A stretch of 24,000 nt of DNA from Bacteroidia bacterium. GTDB taxonomy: Bacteria; Bacteroidota; Bacteroidia; B-17B0; Aurantibacillaceae. The position numbers were made by a program, and so were the translations under genes. The notes beneath the pieces were generated by a model. It was not told the origin of the DNA and did not search any database. It saw only the letters and a list, made by a program, of their open reading frames with translations. Of this stretch, positions 1 to 9,212 are shown piece by piece (the first letter of the stretch is position 1; every line of letters starts with the position of its first letter). The stretch covers positions 73,785-97,784 of the forward strand of contig JBIICN010000004.1 of the NCBI GenBank assembly GCA_044238845.1. Direction: 5' to 3'.

Positions 1-1247
1 TCATAACCTCCTGTGATTTCAGCAATTAAAAATATAGCCGTTAATGGTGCGTGAAATACTCCACTTAAAATACCTGCCATTGCCACAATCGTAAAATTAC
101 TTACAGGAATATCATTAAAACCAATCAATGTTAAAAAGAATGAAAATGCAAATCCTAAATACGCACCAACAAATAATGAAGGTGCAAAGTTACCGCCATT
201 ACCACCACTACCTAATGTAATAGCAGCAGCAAATGCTTTTAAAAGCAATGTTACTGAAATAAAAACAAGAAGAATCCATTTGCTATTGATGAAACTTAAA
301 AGTAAACTGTCCTTGAATAGATCATCTGTTCTAAATTCAGAAAGGGCTTTGATGCTTTCATAACCCTCACCAAATAATGAAGGAAACAATGCAAATAAAA
401 ATGCTAATGAAATACCACCAACAAGCCATTTAGTAAAACCTGATTGTATTTTATGAAATTTAGATTCAATTTTATCGAAAAAATTAACGTAGTATAAAGA
501 TGTAATGCCTGCTAATAAACCTAATAATATGTAAAAAGGAACATTGTTATAATCAAAAGGTTGCTTTAGTTTAAAAAACAACAAACTACTTTCGTGCAAA
601 ATAATTTTTGATAGTAAAGCACCTGATGCCGCAGCAATTAATAAAGGAATAAAAGCACTAATACTAATATCTACTAAGATAACTTCTAAGGCAAATAAAA
701 CTCCTGCAATAGGTGCATTAAAAGCACCTGCAATACCACCCGCAGCACCTGCCGCTAATAATAGTGTTCTTTCTTTATAAGTTAATTTATATGTTCGGGC
801 AAAGTTTGAACCTATTGCCGAACCGGTACTTACAATCGGAGATTCTAAACCAGCTGAACCACCAAAGCCAACAGTAAGTCCACTTGTAATAATGTGTGAA
901 TACATTTGATGGAATGGTAAAAAACTACTTCGTTTAGCAATTGCAAAAAGTATTGCTGTATTACCTCTGTTTAATTGGTTTTTAAAGAAATATTTTACAA
1001 TTAATACAGTTGCACCAATACCAATAACAGGCAATATTAAGTATAAATATTTGAAATCGTATTTTATGAAAAAACCGTCAACTAAATAGTGTCTTATACC
1101 AAACACAAATAATTTTAATATAACTGCTGCAATACCTGATGAAATACCAACTAATATACTTGCGAAAATTAGAAATTGCTTCTCATTGGTTTTCTCGTGA
1201 ATCCAATTAATGGCTTTTTCTATATAATTAATTCTTTTAAAGTTCAT
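1..1247 (-). CDS. ClC-type voltage-gated chloride channel, N-terminal ~415 aa (gene continues past the left edge)
   Basis: Absent from the ORF track because it runs off the window. My translation from the ATG at 1247 is MNFKRINYIEKAINWIHEKTNEKQFLIFASILVGISSGIAAV... It contains the ClC-like blocks GFGGSAGLESPIV and GGIAGAFNAPIAGVLFALE, and I saw no stop in the parts I translated. Confidence 0.85.
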   Translation of the reverse strand, partial: MNFKRINYIEKAINWIHEKTNEKQFLIFASILVGISSGIAAVILKLFVFGIRHYLVDGFFIKYDFKYLYLILPVIGIGATVLIVKYFFKNQLNRGNTAILFAIAKRSSFLPFHQMYSHIITSGLTVGFGGSAGLESPIVSTGSAIGSNFARTYKLTYKERTLLLAAGAAGGIAGAFNAPIAGVLFALEVILVDISISAFIPLLIAAASGALLSKIILHESSLLFFKLKQPFDYNNVPFYILLGLLAGITSLYYVNFFDKIESKFHKIQSGFTKWLVGGISLAFLFALFPSLFGEGYESIKALSEFRTDDLFKDSLLLSFINSKWILLVFISVTLLLKAFAAAITLGSGGNGGNFAPSLFVGAYLGFAFSFFLTLIGFNDIPVSNFTIVAMAGILSGVFHAPLTAIFLIAEITGGY

Positions 1248-1432
1248 TATTTATCTAATGTTATTTAAAGGAAGCATTCTTTCTTCCAATTTAAAATTAG
1301 TAAGGCAGGCATAAATATAGGCGTTTTGTAGCAAAATATGGCGAATTATCTATTCCGAAAAATTGTCCATCACCTTGCCTAAATTATCCATTTTATAACA
1401 GGTATCGTTGTTTCATCTTTGTATCGTCAATA

Positions 1433-2014
1433 ATGACAAACAATTTAAAACTTAATAACATGCAAAGAATTATCGCACTTAACCCAGAAACAACAACAGG
1501 AAAATCAAAAGAATTATTTAATGCCGTGCAAGATAAATTAGGAATGGTACCTAATATGATGAGAACAATGGGAAATTCTCCAGCAGTATTAAATGGTTAT
1601 TTATCATTTAGTGGCGCTTTAGGAGAAAGTTCTATTGGCGCAAAGTTAGGAGAATTATTAGCTTTAACTGTGGCTAATGCAAATAGCTGCGACTATTGCA
1701 ACGCTGCTCACAGTTTTATTGGCGAAAAATTAGTACACATTGATGCAACAAGTATTCAATTAGCTAAAGAAGGAAAATCAAATGACACAAAAATTCAAGC
1801 AGCTCTTACATTTGCAAGAACATTAGTTGCAAAAAAAGGTAGAGTAAATGCTTCTGATGTAGACACTTTAAAAAATGCTGGTTACAGCGAAGCTGCAATT
1901 GCCGAAATAATAGCACACATTGCCTTAAACATTTTCACAAACTATTTTAATAATGCAACAGAAGTCGCTGTTGACTTTCCAACAGTAGATTTAATAGAAA
2001 CTGCCGTAGTATAG
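1433..2014 (+). CDS. Carboxymuconolactone decarboxylase / AhpD-like family protein
   Basis: 193-aa ORF with the AhpD-core CxxC motif (NSCDYCNAAH) and the helical CMD-family pattern. Confidence 0.8.
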   Translation: MTNNLKLNNMQRIIALNPETTTGKSKELFNAVQDKLGMVPNMMRTMGNSPAVLNGYLSFSGALGESSIGAKLGELLALTVANANSCDYCNAAHSFIGEKLVHIDATSIQLAKEGKSNDTKIQAALTFARTLVAKKGRVNASDVDTLKNAGYSEAAIAEIIAHIALNIFTNYFNNATEVAVDFPTVDLIETAVV

Positions 2015-2075
2015 TTAATTATTGGGATGGATAAGTTAAATTCGCTTATCCATTCCTTTTTAAAACCAAAAATAT

Positions 2076-2489
2076 ATGGAAATAAAATTGCCAATACCTC
2101 CGTTTAATATGGAAACTGCTTTGCAAAAAGTGCAATTAGCAGAAGATGCTTGGAATACAAAAGACCCCGAAAAAATTTGCTTAGCTTACACGATTGATAC
2201 CGAATGGAGAAATAGAACAGAGTTTATTAATGGTAGGGATGAAGTAAAGCAGTTCTTAAAACGTAAATGGGAAAATGAACTCAATTACAAACTAAAAAAA
2301 GAATTGTGGGGCTTTAGAGAAAACAGAATGGCTGTAAGGTTTGAATATGAATGGCATAATAAAGAAGGGCAATGGTTTAGAAGCTACGGAAATGAATTAT
2401 GGGAATTTAATGAAAATGGTTTAATGCAAAAAAGATTTGCTAGTATTAATGATTTACAAATTAAGGATTCAGAACGTATATTAATATAA
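2076..2489 (+). CDS. DUF1348 (SnoaL/NTF2-like) family protein
   Basis: 137 aa. The blocks [14 protein letters not shown]..., [31 protein letters not shown] and [22 protein letters not shown] match my recollection of DUF1348 proteins. Confidence 0.75.
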   Translation: MEIKLPIPPFNMETALQKVQLAEDAWNTKDPEKICLAYTIDTEWRNRTEFINGRDEVKQFLKRKWENELNYKLKKELWGFRENRMAVRFEYEWHNKEGQWFRSYGNELWEFNENGLMQKRFASINDLQIKDSERILI

Positions 2490-2497
2490 ATTTTACA

Positions 2498-3379
2498 ATG
2501 ACAGTTCAAACAGTTTTCACACTTATTAATCCTCAAAACGGTAATCTTGCTTTTAAGATCTATTCATTTGACGATGCTAGTTCATTCGACCATTTACAAA
2601 GACTAAATTATTATTCAATGATTTTAGTGACAAATGGTCGTGCACAAATCAAGGCAGATTTTTCAGACTATCAAATATCAAACAATAGTTTACTTTGTTT
2701 TTCTCCATATCAACCGTTTATGGTTTCTGATTCTGAACAACTTCAAGGTATCGTTCTTAATTTCCATCCCGATTTTTTTTGTATTCATAAACACCATAAA
2801 GAAGTAGCTTGCAATGGCGTATTATTTAATAATGTATATCAACCACCGTTTGTAAACTTAAACGAAAGTCAAGTAAGAAGTTTTCAGTTATTAATTGAAC
2901 AAATGAAAGAGGAAACACAACACGTTGCCCTTGCTCAATATGAATTACTAATTTCTTATCTAAAAATATTTTTAATTAATGCTTCCCGTATAAAAGTTGC
3001 GGCAAATCCACACATACAAGATAGTCTTGAAAAACATACAGAACCGTTTATATTGCAAAATCTGAAAGATGCCATTGAGCAGCATTACAAAGAAAAACAT
3101 ACTGCTAGTGATTACGCAGAACTACTCAATATTTCTCCAAGTGCATTAGCCAAAATAAGCAAGACTCATTTTAATAAAACACTCACCGACTTAATATCTG
3201 AGCGAATTATAATTGAAGCAAAAAGAGAATTATATCTAACATCAAAAGCTGTAAAGCAAATTGCTTTTGATTTAGGATTTAATGACGAACACTATTTTAG
3301 TAGATTTTTTAAAAAGAATGCGGAAATTTCCCCGCAAATTTATAGAGACACAGTTGGTTTTGCAAGAGCAGAGATGTAA
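2498..3379 (+). CDS. AraC family transcriptional regulator
   Basis: 293 aa. The C-terminal double-HTH region (YAELLNISPSALAKISK...IAFDLGFNDEHYFSRFFKK) is typical of AraC/XylS, and the N-terminal part is cupin-like. Confidence 0.85.
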   Translation: MTVQTVFTLINPQNGNLAFKIYSFDDASSFDHLQRLNYYSMILVTNGRAQIKADFSDYQISNNSLLCFSPYQPFMVSDSEQLQGIVLNFHPDFFCIHKHHKEVACNGVLFNNVYQPPFVNLNESQVRSFQLLIEQMKEETQHVALAQYELLISYLKIFLINASRIKVAANPHIQDSLEKHTEPFILQNLKDAIEQHYKEKHTASDYAELLNISPSALAKISKTHFNKTLTDLISERIIIEAKRELYLTSKAVKQIAFDLGFNDEHYFSRFFKKNAEISPQIYRDTVGFARAEM

Positions 3380-3386
3380 CAAAAAA

Positions 3387-3419
3387 ATCCAAATAGAGAA
3401 ATTCTATTTGGATTTTGTG
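3387..3419. terminator. Bidirectional intrinsic terminator between the convergent araC-like and rlaP-like genes
   Basis: Stem atccaaatag / ctatttggat (10 bp, 7-nt loop) with an A-run on the left and a T-run on the right. Confidence 0.6.
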
Positions 3420-3503
3420 TGTCTTAGCGACACAAAAAGTACCCGAACACCTTAACTTATCGAATATAAATGATGGTTTTAATGACATTATTTCCTTTAA
3501 ATA

Positions 3504-4565
3504 TTACTTATAAAGTTCCTCTCTTATCTCAATTAAAACCTCTTCAGCTTTCTCGAGGTTAGGTTGTTCTGGTAAATTAGATTTCTCATAAAGATCTTCT
3601 ATTTGATAGACTTTCTCATTTGCTAATTCTACCAATTCTTCATAAGAAAAAGCGCCTGAACGAATTTTAAGTAAAAATTCACGATCAAATCTCCTAACAT
3701 TTACCTTGCCCTCTTTTGCAATTTCTTCGGCCATATTTAGTAACCTGAAGGTATGCATCATGTTCTTGGCATCGTAATTCTTTCCGTGTTCTATGGTATT
3801 TTCATAGCGAACATCATTACGCTTTTCTACCCATTCCCAATATTCTTTATAATCCTTGCAATATTTAGAGTAACCATCTTTATTGAAGCTTAATATTGCC
3901 AAAGGCTCAATTCCTTTTTCAACTGAGCTTAACGAAATATCATTAGCCTCAATGCCTGAACTTACACCTTTTAAGTATCCTTCTGTTAATTGTCTGTTGT
4001 GGAATAAAGCATAAACCTCACGCATGTGCGAAATATTTACCAAACCACAATGTTCCTGAAGTAATCCTTTTTTAGTTAACCATGAAGTTAAGGGAATGGA
4101 GCCTTGTTGCTGTATCACATGACAAAAATCCACAACCGATTTTCGTTCAAGATCAACAGGATTAACGATTTTTTTATTTAGTCTTTTTGCTTTTTTTATT
4201 TGTGATTGCGCATAGCCGGCAAATGTTTGTTTACATAATTTTGAGAGAAACAATTCAGGTTTCAAAAGGTCCATGATCGGATGCCTGTGTTTGATACAAT
4301 CTACAGGAGTATTTAATAATTCAAGAATATTAGGATTGTTTTTTACTAATAAGTCAACAAATCGTTTTAATTCATAATACACTTCATCATTGGTTTCATT
4401 ATTTACCTGTTCTGTATATTCCAAACCATAATAGGTGCGTTTAGGCAAAAGAAACACACCCTTCATATCTGTATCAGATTGAGGGGTGTGTAATCCATAA
4501 GCTCTACTGCCACTAATGCAATCAAGCAATAACAAATTGTTTTCTTTCATGCCCTTTATGGTCAT
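3504..4565 (-). CDS. RlaP-type (PF10127-like) Pol-beta superfamily nucleotidyltransferase, long form
   Basis: It contains the motif SGSRAYGLHTPQSDTDMKGVF (GS...D.D minimal NTase). I prefer the ATG at 4565 (MTIKGMKENN...), 1 nt after the upstream stop, over the track start at 4604. Confidence 0.7.
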   Translation of the reverse strand: MTIKGMKENNLLLLDCISGSRAYGLHTPQSDTDMKGVFLLPKRTYYGLEYTEQVNNETNDEVYYELKRFVDLLVKNNPNILELLNTPVDCIKHRHPIMDLLKPELFLSKLCKQTFAGYAQSQIKKAKRLNKKIVNPVDLERKSVVDFCHVIQQQGSIPLTSWLTKKGLLQEHCGLVNISHMREVYALFHNRQLTEGYLKGVSSGIEANDISLSSVEKGIEPLAILSFNKDGYSKYCKDYKEYWEWVEKRNDVRYENTIEHGKNYDAKNMMHTFRLLNMAEEIAKEGKVNVRRFDREFLLKIRSGAFSYEELVELANEKVYQIEDLYEKSNLPEQPNLEKAEEVLIEIREELYK

Positions 4566-4566
4566 C

Positions 4567-5331
4567 TCAATAGTTTTTAAGTATGTTCCTGAATAAACCA
4601 TCAAGGCCTACTTCTTTTTCTTTTCTTCCCGCTAAGCTATTAAATATATGCTCTGCTTTTTCTATTTCATTCAAGATAAATTCATTGATAGTTCTTTCAG
4701 CAGGATGCATATAACTTTCGTTCTTACCCGACTTTAAAGATATCAGATCTTTTATTCTTGTTTTCAATTCAGCATCAAAAGACAGCTCGTTAACCATCGT
4801 GATGAATACTATTGGAGGCACCGAATCTTTTTCTATGATCCACTTGCAAGCTAACGTTGCTCTTAACGCATAAAATAATTTCTTTAATTTTATTTCATCC
4901 CTGCCTTCTATTTCCGAAAAACTATTTTTTGCCATACCTAAATAGTGATACATGGTTGCTATAGGCGCAAAACATTTCTCTGAGTATTGTTTTAATAAAG
5001 CAGCTATGTTATTCTCTTCTGTATAAACTACCGGCGATTGAACTCTTTCTAGCAATGCGCCATTTGATTTCCACATCAGCTTTAAACATTTTTTGATATC
5101 CCAACCCGTTATATCCAATTCACCATCCTCCGACATAAATTCGATCGTATCTTTTTTATCTGATAAAGAAAGATACCAATCTAAGTCATGCATATAGATC
5201 ATTCGAACATCAAAATCGCTGTCCGGAGAAGGAAATCCCCATGCTCTAGAACCAGTCTCACACGCATAGAGAACCTTTACTTGATATTTCTGTTCTATGT
5301 CTTTTATTTGATCTTTTATTCTAGTTTCCAT
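4567..5331 (-). CDS. RlaP-type (PF10127-like) Pol-beta superfamily nucleotidyltransferase, short form
   Basis: 254 aa with the motif ETGSRAWGFPSPDSDFDVRMIY. It is a paralog of the next gene, and I recall this family as RNA-repair-associated. Confidence 0.75.
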   Translation of the reverse strand: METRIKDQIKDIEQKYQVKVLYACETGSRAWGFPSPDSDFDVRMIYMHDLDWYLSLSDKKDTIEFMSEDGELDITGWDIKKCLKLMWKSNGALLERVQSPVVYTEENNIAALLKQYSEKCFAPIATMYHYLGMAKNSFSEIEGRDEIKLKKLFYALRATLACKWIIEKDSVPPIVFITMVNELSFDAELKTRIKDLISLKSGKNESYMHPAERTINEFILNEIEKAEHIFNSLAGRKEKEVGLDGLFRNILKNY

Positions 5332-5347
5332 TTTTTATAGTATTTAT

Positions 5348-5480
5348 CAAAGGGCAAAAAAGTAAATAGAGTTTTTTTACTGAGCTATCTTGTTTTAACA
5401 AGAGCAGGAATTGAACCTACGACTTCCAAACATTTCTGGTTGCCGCTCTAACGAAGTATCTCTATTTTACGGCACCTTTG
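5348..5480 (-). ncRNA. Y-RNA-like element Yl-8 with a D-loop-permuted tRNA-like module
   Basis: The minus-strand read begins CAAAGG-U-GC-C-GUAAAAUAGAG-AUACUUCG-UUA-GAGC-G-(CCAGA AAUG UUUGG)-AAGUC. It continues GUAGG UUCAAUU CCUGC (T arm)-UCUUG UUAAAA CAAGA-UA-GCUC-AGU A7-CUCUAUUUAC-U6-GC-CCUUUG. The basal helices pair end to end. Confidence 0.6.
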
Positions 5481-5500
5481 AATTTTTTAATTTTCTTTCA

Positions 5501-6430
5501 TTAGTTTAAAGAGTTTGAAGCTTGATTTATTCTATATATTTCAGTCCTAAAGAGTGAGTTATACTGATTAATAAGGATTTGGGTCATCAATGGAAGTTTT
5601 TCGAATGTTTGCTTTGCATCTTCAAAATAGTAACAATAGTCAACGATAAAAAAACTAATAAGCCATTTTGATAGCTTCATTGTCAAAATACTTGTAGGCA
5701 AGTCATTTCCATCTGAATACATATTCTTAAATTGAAAAACAGAAACATTAGAAGGGTGAGTATTTAAAGATAATGAAGTGTATTGGCCATTAAACAAATC
5801 AGTGGCGCCAGCATTAGACATCATCTCATGCCAAGGTATACCGTGAGCCTTCTCGCCATTTATAATAACTTGCCATATAGCTTTATCAATATTACCTTGA
5901 GCATCTGGATCTAAATTCTGGTATGTCCTAGACATCTTTATAGCTTTTTTAAGCTCCTCAATTTGCAATCTCTCATTTTCACGTTTCTCAATATATTCTT
6001 GTTGTTTTGTTGGGAAACTTTGCCTGTATTTTAATCCACTTAGAACCCATAAAAGGTACTTAAAGGTCTTTTCATCTGCAGATTTGGAAACCCTATAAAT
6101 ATTATTAAAGTTACAAAAAGCCTCATACTGTGTTCTTACAAGACAAGAAAGCGCAAATGGATCATGCAAGTTCTCCATATTAAAATCACCAAGCTCATTA
6201 TAATAGTTTAATGATTGCATAAGATTCAGAATTGATAAATTCTTCATCGCTGTCATCTGAAATAGATACATACCATCTATATCTTCATTTGAACTTAGAG
6301 GTCGACCCTTTTGCGAAGAAATAATTTGAAATGCTGCATCAGTTACGAGTTTGTATGACTCCATTGTAATTTTTAAATCTTCAGGATAAAACAATCTGTG
6401 ATATTCTCTACGTAATTCTTCTTTTTCCAT
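5501..6430 (-). CDS. Hypothetical alpha-helical protein (no family recognised)
   Basis: The long ORF sits between rtcB and Yl-8. I prefer the ATG at 6430 (MEKEELRREYH...), 17 nt after the rtcB stop, because the track start at 6511 would overlap rtcB by 65 nt. Confidence 0.55.
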   Translation of the reverse strand: MEKEELRREYHRLFYPEDLKITMESYKLVTDAAFQIISSQKGRPLSSNEDIDGMYLFQMTAMKNLSILNLMQSLNYYNELGDFNMENLHDPFALSCLVRTQYEAFCNFNNIYRVSKSADEKTFKYLLWVLSGLKYRQSFPTKQQEYIEKRENERLQIEELKKAIKMSRTYQNLDPDAQGNIDKAIWQVIINGEKAHGIPWHEMMSNAGATDLFNGQYTSLSLNTHPSNVSVFQFKNMYSDGNDLPTSILTMKLSKWLISFFIVDYCYYFEDAKQTFEKLPLMTQILINQYNSLFRTEIYRINQASNSLN

Positions 6431-6446
6431 AACTATTAGTTTTTGA

Positions 6447-7874
6447 TTAATCTTCTCTACTTCCGTCATCAGCCATACGCACAATTTTAGGTATAAATTT
6501 AGCAATAACATCCACTAAATCTGTTTGTGCAGCCATAACGGTTTCTATATTTTTATAAGCCATTGGTGCTTCATCTAAGCCTGCGCCAATTAAAGTAACA
6601 CCATGGTCTTTCAAAATAGTTTGCATCTCGTTTTTAGTAATATTTTTAATGGCTTGTGTTCTGCTCATTTGTCTTCCGGCACCATGCGATGCGGAGTTGA
6701 TGGCATTCACTTCACCTTTACCTTTTACTAAAAATCCTGGTGCAGTCATCGATCCCGGAATAATTCCCATCACATCTTTCGATGCAGGTGTTGCTCCTTT
6801 TCTATGCACTATTACTTCTTGCCTGTTCCATGTTTCTTTCCATGCAAAATTATGATGGTTCTCTACTTTCGCTAATACCTGTCCGCCAATAGCTTTTGTT
6901 AAACGCTCATGAATAACTTCGTGACAAGCAGATGCATAATCACCTGCTAAATTCATGGCAATCCAATATTCCTGCCCTTCAGCACTATTCATATCCAGGT
7001 AAGCTAAGTTAGCGGCCTCTTTAGGAAGCTTACATAATTCTTTTGCCAGTTTGGTATAATGTCCTGCAACGGTTGCACCAAATCCACGTGATCCGGAGTG
7101 TGTTAACAACGAAACATATTTTCCTTTTCTAATATTTAATTTTTCATCATCGTTTTCAAATTCGATAATTCCAAATTCCACAAAGTGATTTCCTCCACCT
7201 GATGAACCTAATTGCGTAACTGCTTTATCGTGCAGGTTTTTTACAAAAGGCGTCATGTTAAAAGTAGAGTTATCCAATATACCATGTTCAGCTCTATATC
7301 TTCCATGCCATCCAGCACCAGCACCAAATTTTGTCCAGGCAATTAACTCTCTTTTATATTTTGCTTCATTTTCTAAGAAATGAGTTTCAGGAATATCATA
7401 AATAGATAAGGCCATTCTACATCCAATATCCACACCCACACCATAAGGGATGATGGCGTTATTGGTAGCTAATACTCCGCCAATTGGCAAACCATAACCC
7501 TGATGCGCATCCGGCATTAATGCACCGGCAACTGTAACAGGTAATTTCATGGCAACTTCCATTTGATCGATAGCGCCTTGTTCGATATGAGCTGCACCAA
7601 AAACCGAATAACTGTTTGGATTTTCAATTAAAGCAATGGTCTCTATATCTTTTGAAGCTGTGAACTCAATCAAAGCTTGAGCAACACCTTGCAAAAAAGT
7701 ATGGTCCAAATACTGAGACGGATTTTGCAACACATTAGAAAATAGGTCTAATGTTTTTTCTTCCGATGCCTCCGTAAAACTTTTTCTTATAGTTTTCAAT
7801 GCTTTTCCTATAGGTGCTCCTTCAGGGTATCCTAAATTTAAAAGTGTTTCTCCTGTGATATTTATTGTACTCAT
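6447..7874 (-). CDS. rtcB: RNA 3'-phosphate/2',3'-cyclic-phosphate ligase RtcB (copy 1, Rsr/Y-RNA context)
   Basis: 475 aa with the RtcB blocks MPDAHQGYGLPIGGV, GVDIGCRM, SSGGGNHF, THSGSRG, NHHNFAW and HRKGATP. Confidence 0.95.
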   Translation of the reverse strand: MSTINITGETLLNLGYPEGAPIGKALKTIRKSFTEASEEKTLDLFSNVLQNPSQYLDHTFLQGVAQALIEFTASKDIETIALIENPNSYSVFGAAHIEQGAIDQMEVAMKLPVTVAGALMPDAHQGYGLPIGGVLATNNAIIPYGVGVDIGCRMALSIYDIPETHFLENEAKYKRELIAWTKFGAGAGWHGRYRAEHGILDNSTFNMTPFVKNLHDKAVTQLGSSGGGNHFVEFGIIEFENDDEKLNIRKGKYVSLLTHSGSRGFGATVAGHYTKLAKELCKLPKEAANLAYLDMNSAEGQEYWIAMNLAGDYASACHEVIHERLTKAIGGQVLAKVENHHNFAWKETWNRQEVIVHRKGATPASKDVMGIIPGSMTAPGFLVKGKGEVNAINSASHGAGRQMSRTQAIKNITKNEMQTILKDHGVTLIGAGLDEAPMAYKNIETVMAAQTDLVDVIAKFIPKIVRMADDGSRED

Positions 7875-8362
7875 GATTGTTTATTTAATTTATTAGTTAC
7901 TCTTTTTTCAAATACTTCTTGTATAATTCGTTGTTCTTTAAATTCGTATACATCTTCATAAAACGATGTTACTAGTACTTTTTCTTTTGTGATCTTATAC
8001 AAGATCGGTAGTTTAAATCCGATGGATTGATTTTGCAGATAATTTACTATTTCTGCATCAAGATTGCATTCTATTGTGTTCCTGTTGTTATAGATGATGC
8101 CATACTCAAAATCAAATAAAGGTTTAAGTTCTGTTTCAATGGTTGGTCTCAACCTTTTATTAGAGCTATACAATATAAAACCCTTCTTGTCGTTTTTTTT
8201 CATGAAGTGCTTAATCCTTTTTTTTCTTAAAATATCTTTTATCCATAAAATAGCTATAAGCAATGCGATAACACCAACAATCCCAAGCACAGTTTTTGGA
8301 AAGGTTTTAATGATAAAGCAAGCTATAATTATCGCTGCTATATTTCCCGCTGTTTGTTTCAT
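7871..8362 (-). CDS. Small membrane protein (two N-terminal TM helices), unknown function
   Basis: 163 aa. The N-terminus IAAIIIACFIIKTFPKTVLGIVGVIALLIAILWI is hydrophobic, and its stop overlaps the rtcB start as ATGA, suggesting translational coupling. Confidence 0.55.
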   Translation of the reverse strand: MKQTAGNIAAIIIACFIIKTFPKTVLGIVGVIALLIAILWIKDILRKKRIKHFMKKNDKKGFILYSSNKRLRPTIETELKPLFDFEYGIIYNNRNTIECNLDAEIVNYLQNQSIGFKLPILYKITKEKVLVTSFYEDVYEFKEQRIIQEVFEKRVTNKLNKQS

Positions 8363-8458
8363 GATACAAATTAATAGCCTAAGTGCGCAGTGGAATTGAG
8401 TAGATAATAGATTTCTTTAAATTAGTTATAACTTCTTGATTTTGAGGCTTAAAATTAT

Positions 8459-8529
8459 AAAAGGGCAATAATATAACGAGAGCTTGTTAGTCGTTAAAAG
8501 CGAAGTAACTCTCATCAACGGCACCTTTT
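8459..8529 (-). ncRNA. Y-RNA-like element Yl-7 (minimal hairpin form, no tRNA module)
   Basis: AAAAGG-U-GC-C-GUUGAUGAGAG-UUACUUCG-CUUUUAACGACUAACAAG-CUCUCGUUAU-AUUAUU-GC-CCUUUU. It lies 2 nt downstream of Yl-6. Confidence 0.55.
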
Positions 8530-8531
8530 AT

Positions 8532-8605
8532 AAAAGAGGCGATAGGCCAGGATAGTTTTTGTTTTGCGTGACAGGCGAAGTAACTATACTGAACGGCACT
8601 CTTTT
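8532..8605 (-). ncRNA. Y-RNA-like element Yl-6 (minimal hairpin form)
   Basis: AAAAGAG-U-GC-C-GUUCAGUAUAG-UUACUUCG-CCUGUCACGCAAAACAAAAA-CUAUCCUGGCC-UAUC-GC-CUCUUUU. Confidence 0.55.
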
Positions 8606-8618
8606 TCTTTAATTATAT

Positions 8619-8939
8619 TTATTTGAAACTTTGTATGTCTCCTTTGTATTCACTTTCTATAGCTTTTCCATATATGGTATGTGTCCAACCGTTCTCATAA
8701 CCATGATTGTTTGCAATTAAAAAGCCTTTTGCAGGATCTGTTTTTACTATTTTATGGGCGTCGATCCATCGCCCTTTTACTTTACAAAATACAATGTCCT
8801 TTATGTTGTAATGTTCTTCTTTTTTAAAGGTGAGTAATGAACCGCTTTTTAATATGGGTAACATTGAGTTTCCGAAACATTTCATTTTTCCAGTGCCGGA
8901 GGTTTCGAGCTCCAGCTGTAATCTTTGATATTTATTCAT
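8619..8939 (-). CDS. Stand-alone S24/S26 (LexA/signal-peptidase-like) peptidase-fold protein
   Basis: 106 aa. GNSMLPILKSGSLL resembles the G-x-SM-x-P Ser nucleophile block. ...DIVFCKVKGRWIDAHKIV... provides a candidate general-base Lys. The layout is that of an S24 catalytic core without a DNA-binding domain. Confidence 0.5.
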   Translation of the reverse strand: MNKYQRLQLELETSGTGKMKCFGNSMLPILKSGSLLTFKKEEHYNIKDIVFCKVKGRWIDAHKIVKTDPAKGFLIANNHGYENGWTHTIYGKAIESEYKGDIQSFK

Positions 8940-8952
8940 TTTTGTTTTAATA

Positions 8953-8978
8953 AAAAGACCTGATAATTAAGGTCTTTT
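8953..8978 (-). terminator. Weak hairpin between tRNA-Lys and the S24-like gene (attenuator or processing site rather than a strong terminator)
   Basis: Stem aaaagacc / ggtctttt with a 10-nt loop. The U-tract is only the stem arm. Confidence 0.3.
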
Positions 8979-8979
8979 G

Positions 8980-9052
8980 TCGGCCTACATGGATTCGAAC
9001 CATGGACTCCCGTCTTAAAAGGACGGTGCTCTGCCAGCTGAGCTATAAACCG
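8980..9052 (-). tRNA. tRNA-Lys (anticodon UUU)
   Basis: Hand fold: CGGUUUA UA GCUC AGCUGGCA GAGC A CCGUC CUUUUAA GACGG GAGUC CAUGG UUCGAAU CCAUG UAGGCCG A. It has a C1-G72 pair and no encoded CCA. Confidence 0.85.
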
Positions 9053-9058
9053 ATGAAT

Positions 9059-9203
9059 GAATGGGCAAAATGTAAAAAAAGTTTTTTAGTGCTCTAACCA
9101 CTGAGCTACAAAAACAATCTGTCTCCAGAGTTGATTAAGGCAGGATTCGAACCTGCGACCCCTACGGTTATAATCGAAGTATCTTTTTTCTACGGCACCA
9201 TTC
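9059..9203 (-). ncRNA. Y-RNA-like element Yl-5 with a YrlA-style tRNA-like module (complete D arm plus T arm)
   Basis: The read begins GAAUGG-U-GC-C-GUAGAAAAAAG-AUACUUCG-...UAG-GGGUC-GCAGG UUCGAAU CCUGC. It continues ...UA-GCUC AGUGGUUA GAGC-A-CUA-A5-CUUUUUUUAC-AUUUU-GC-CCAUUC. Its 3' end is 6 nt from the tRNA-Lys 5' end. Confidence 0.65.
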
Positions 9204-9212
9204 AATAATTGT

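Noticed and set aside
6649-6855. 68-aa plus-strand ORF inside rtcB
   Set aside because: It is antisense to a strongly supported RtcB CDS and has a low-complexity, Cys/Pro-rich translation with no motif. It is a typical shadow ORF.
8094-8399. 101-aa plus-strand ORF
   Set aside because: It is antisense to the 163-aa membrane-protein gene, which is coupled to rtcB by an ATGA overlap. I see no independent support for it.
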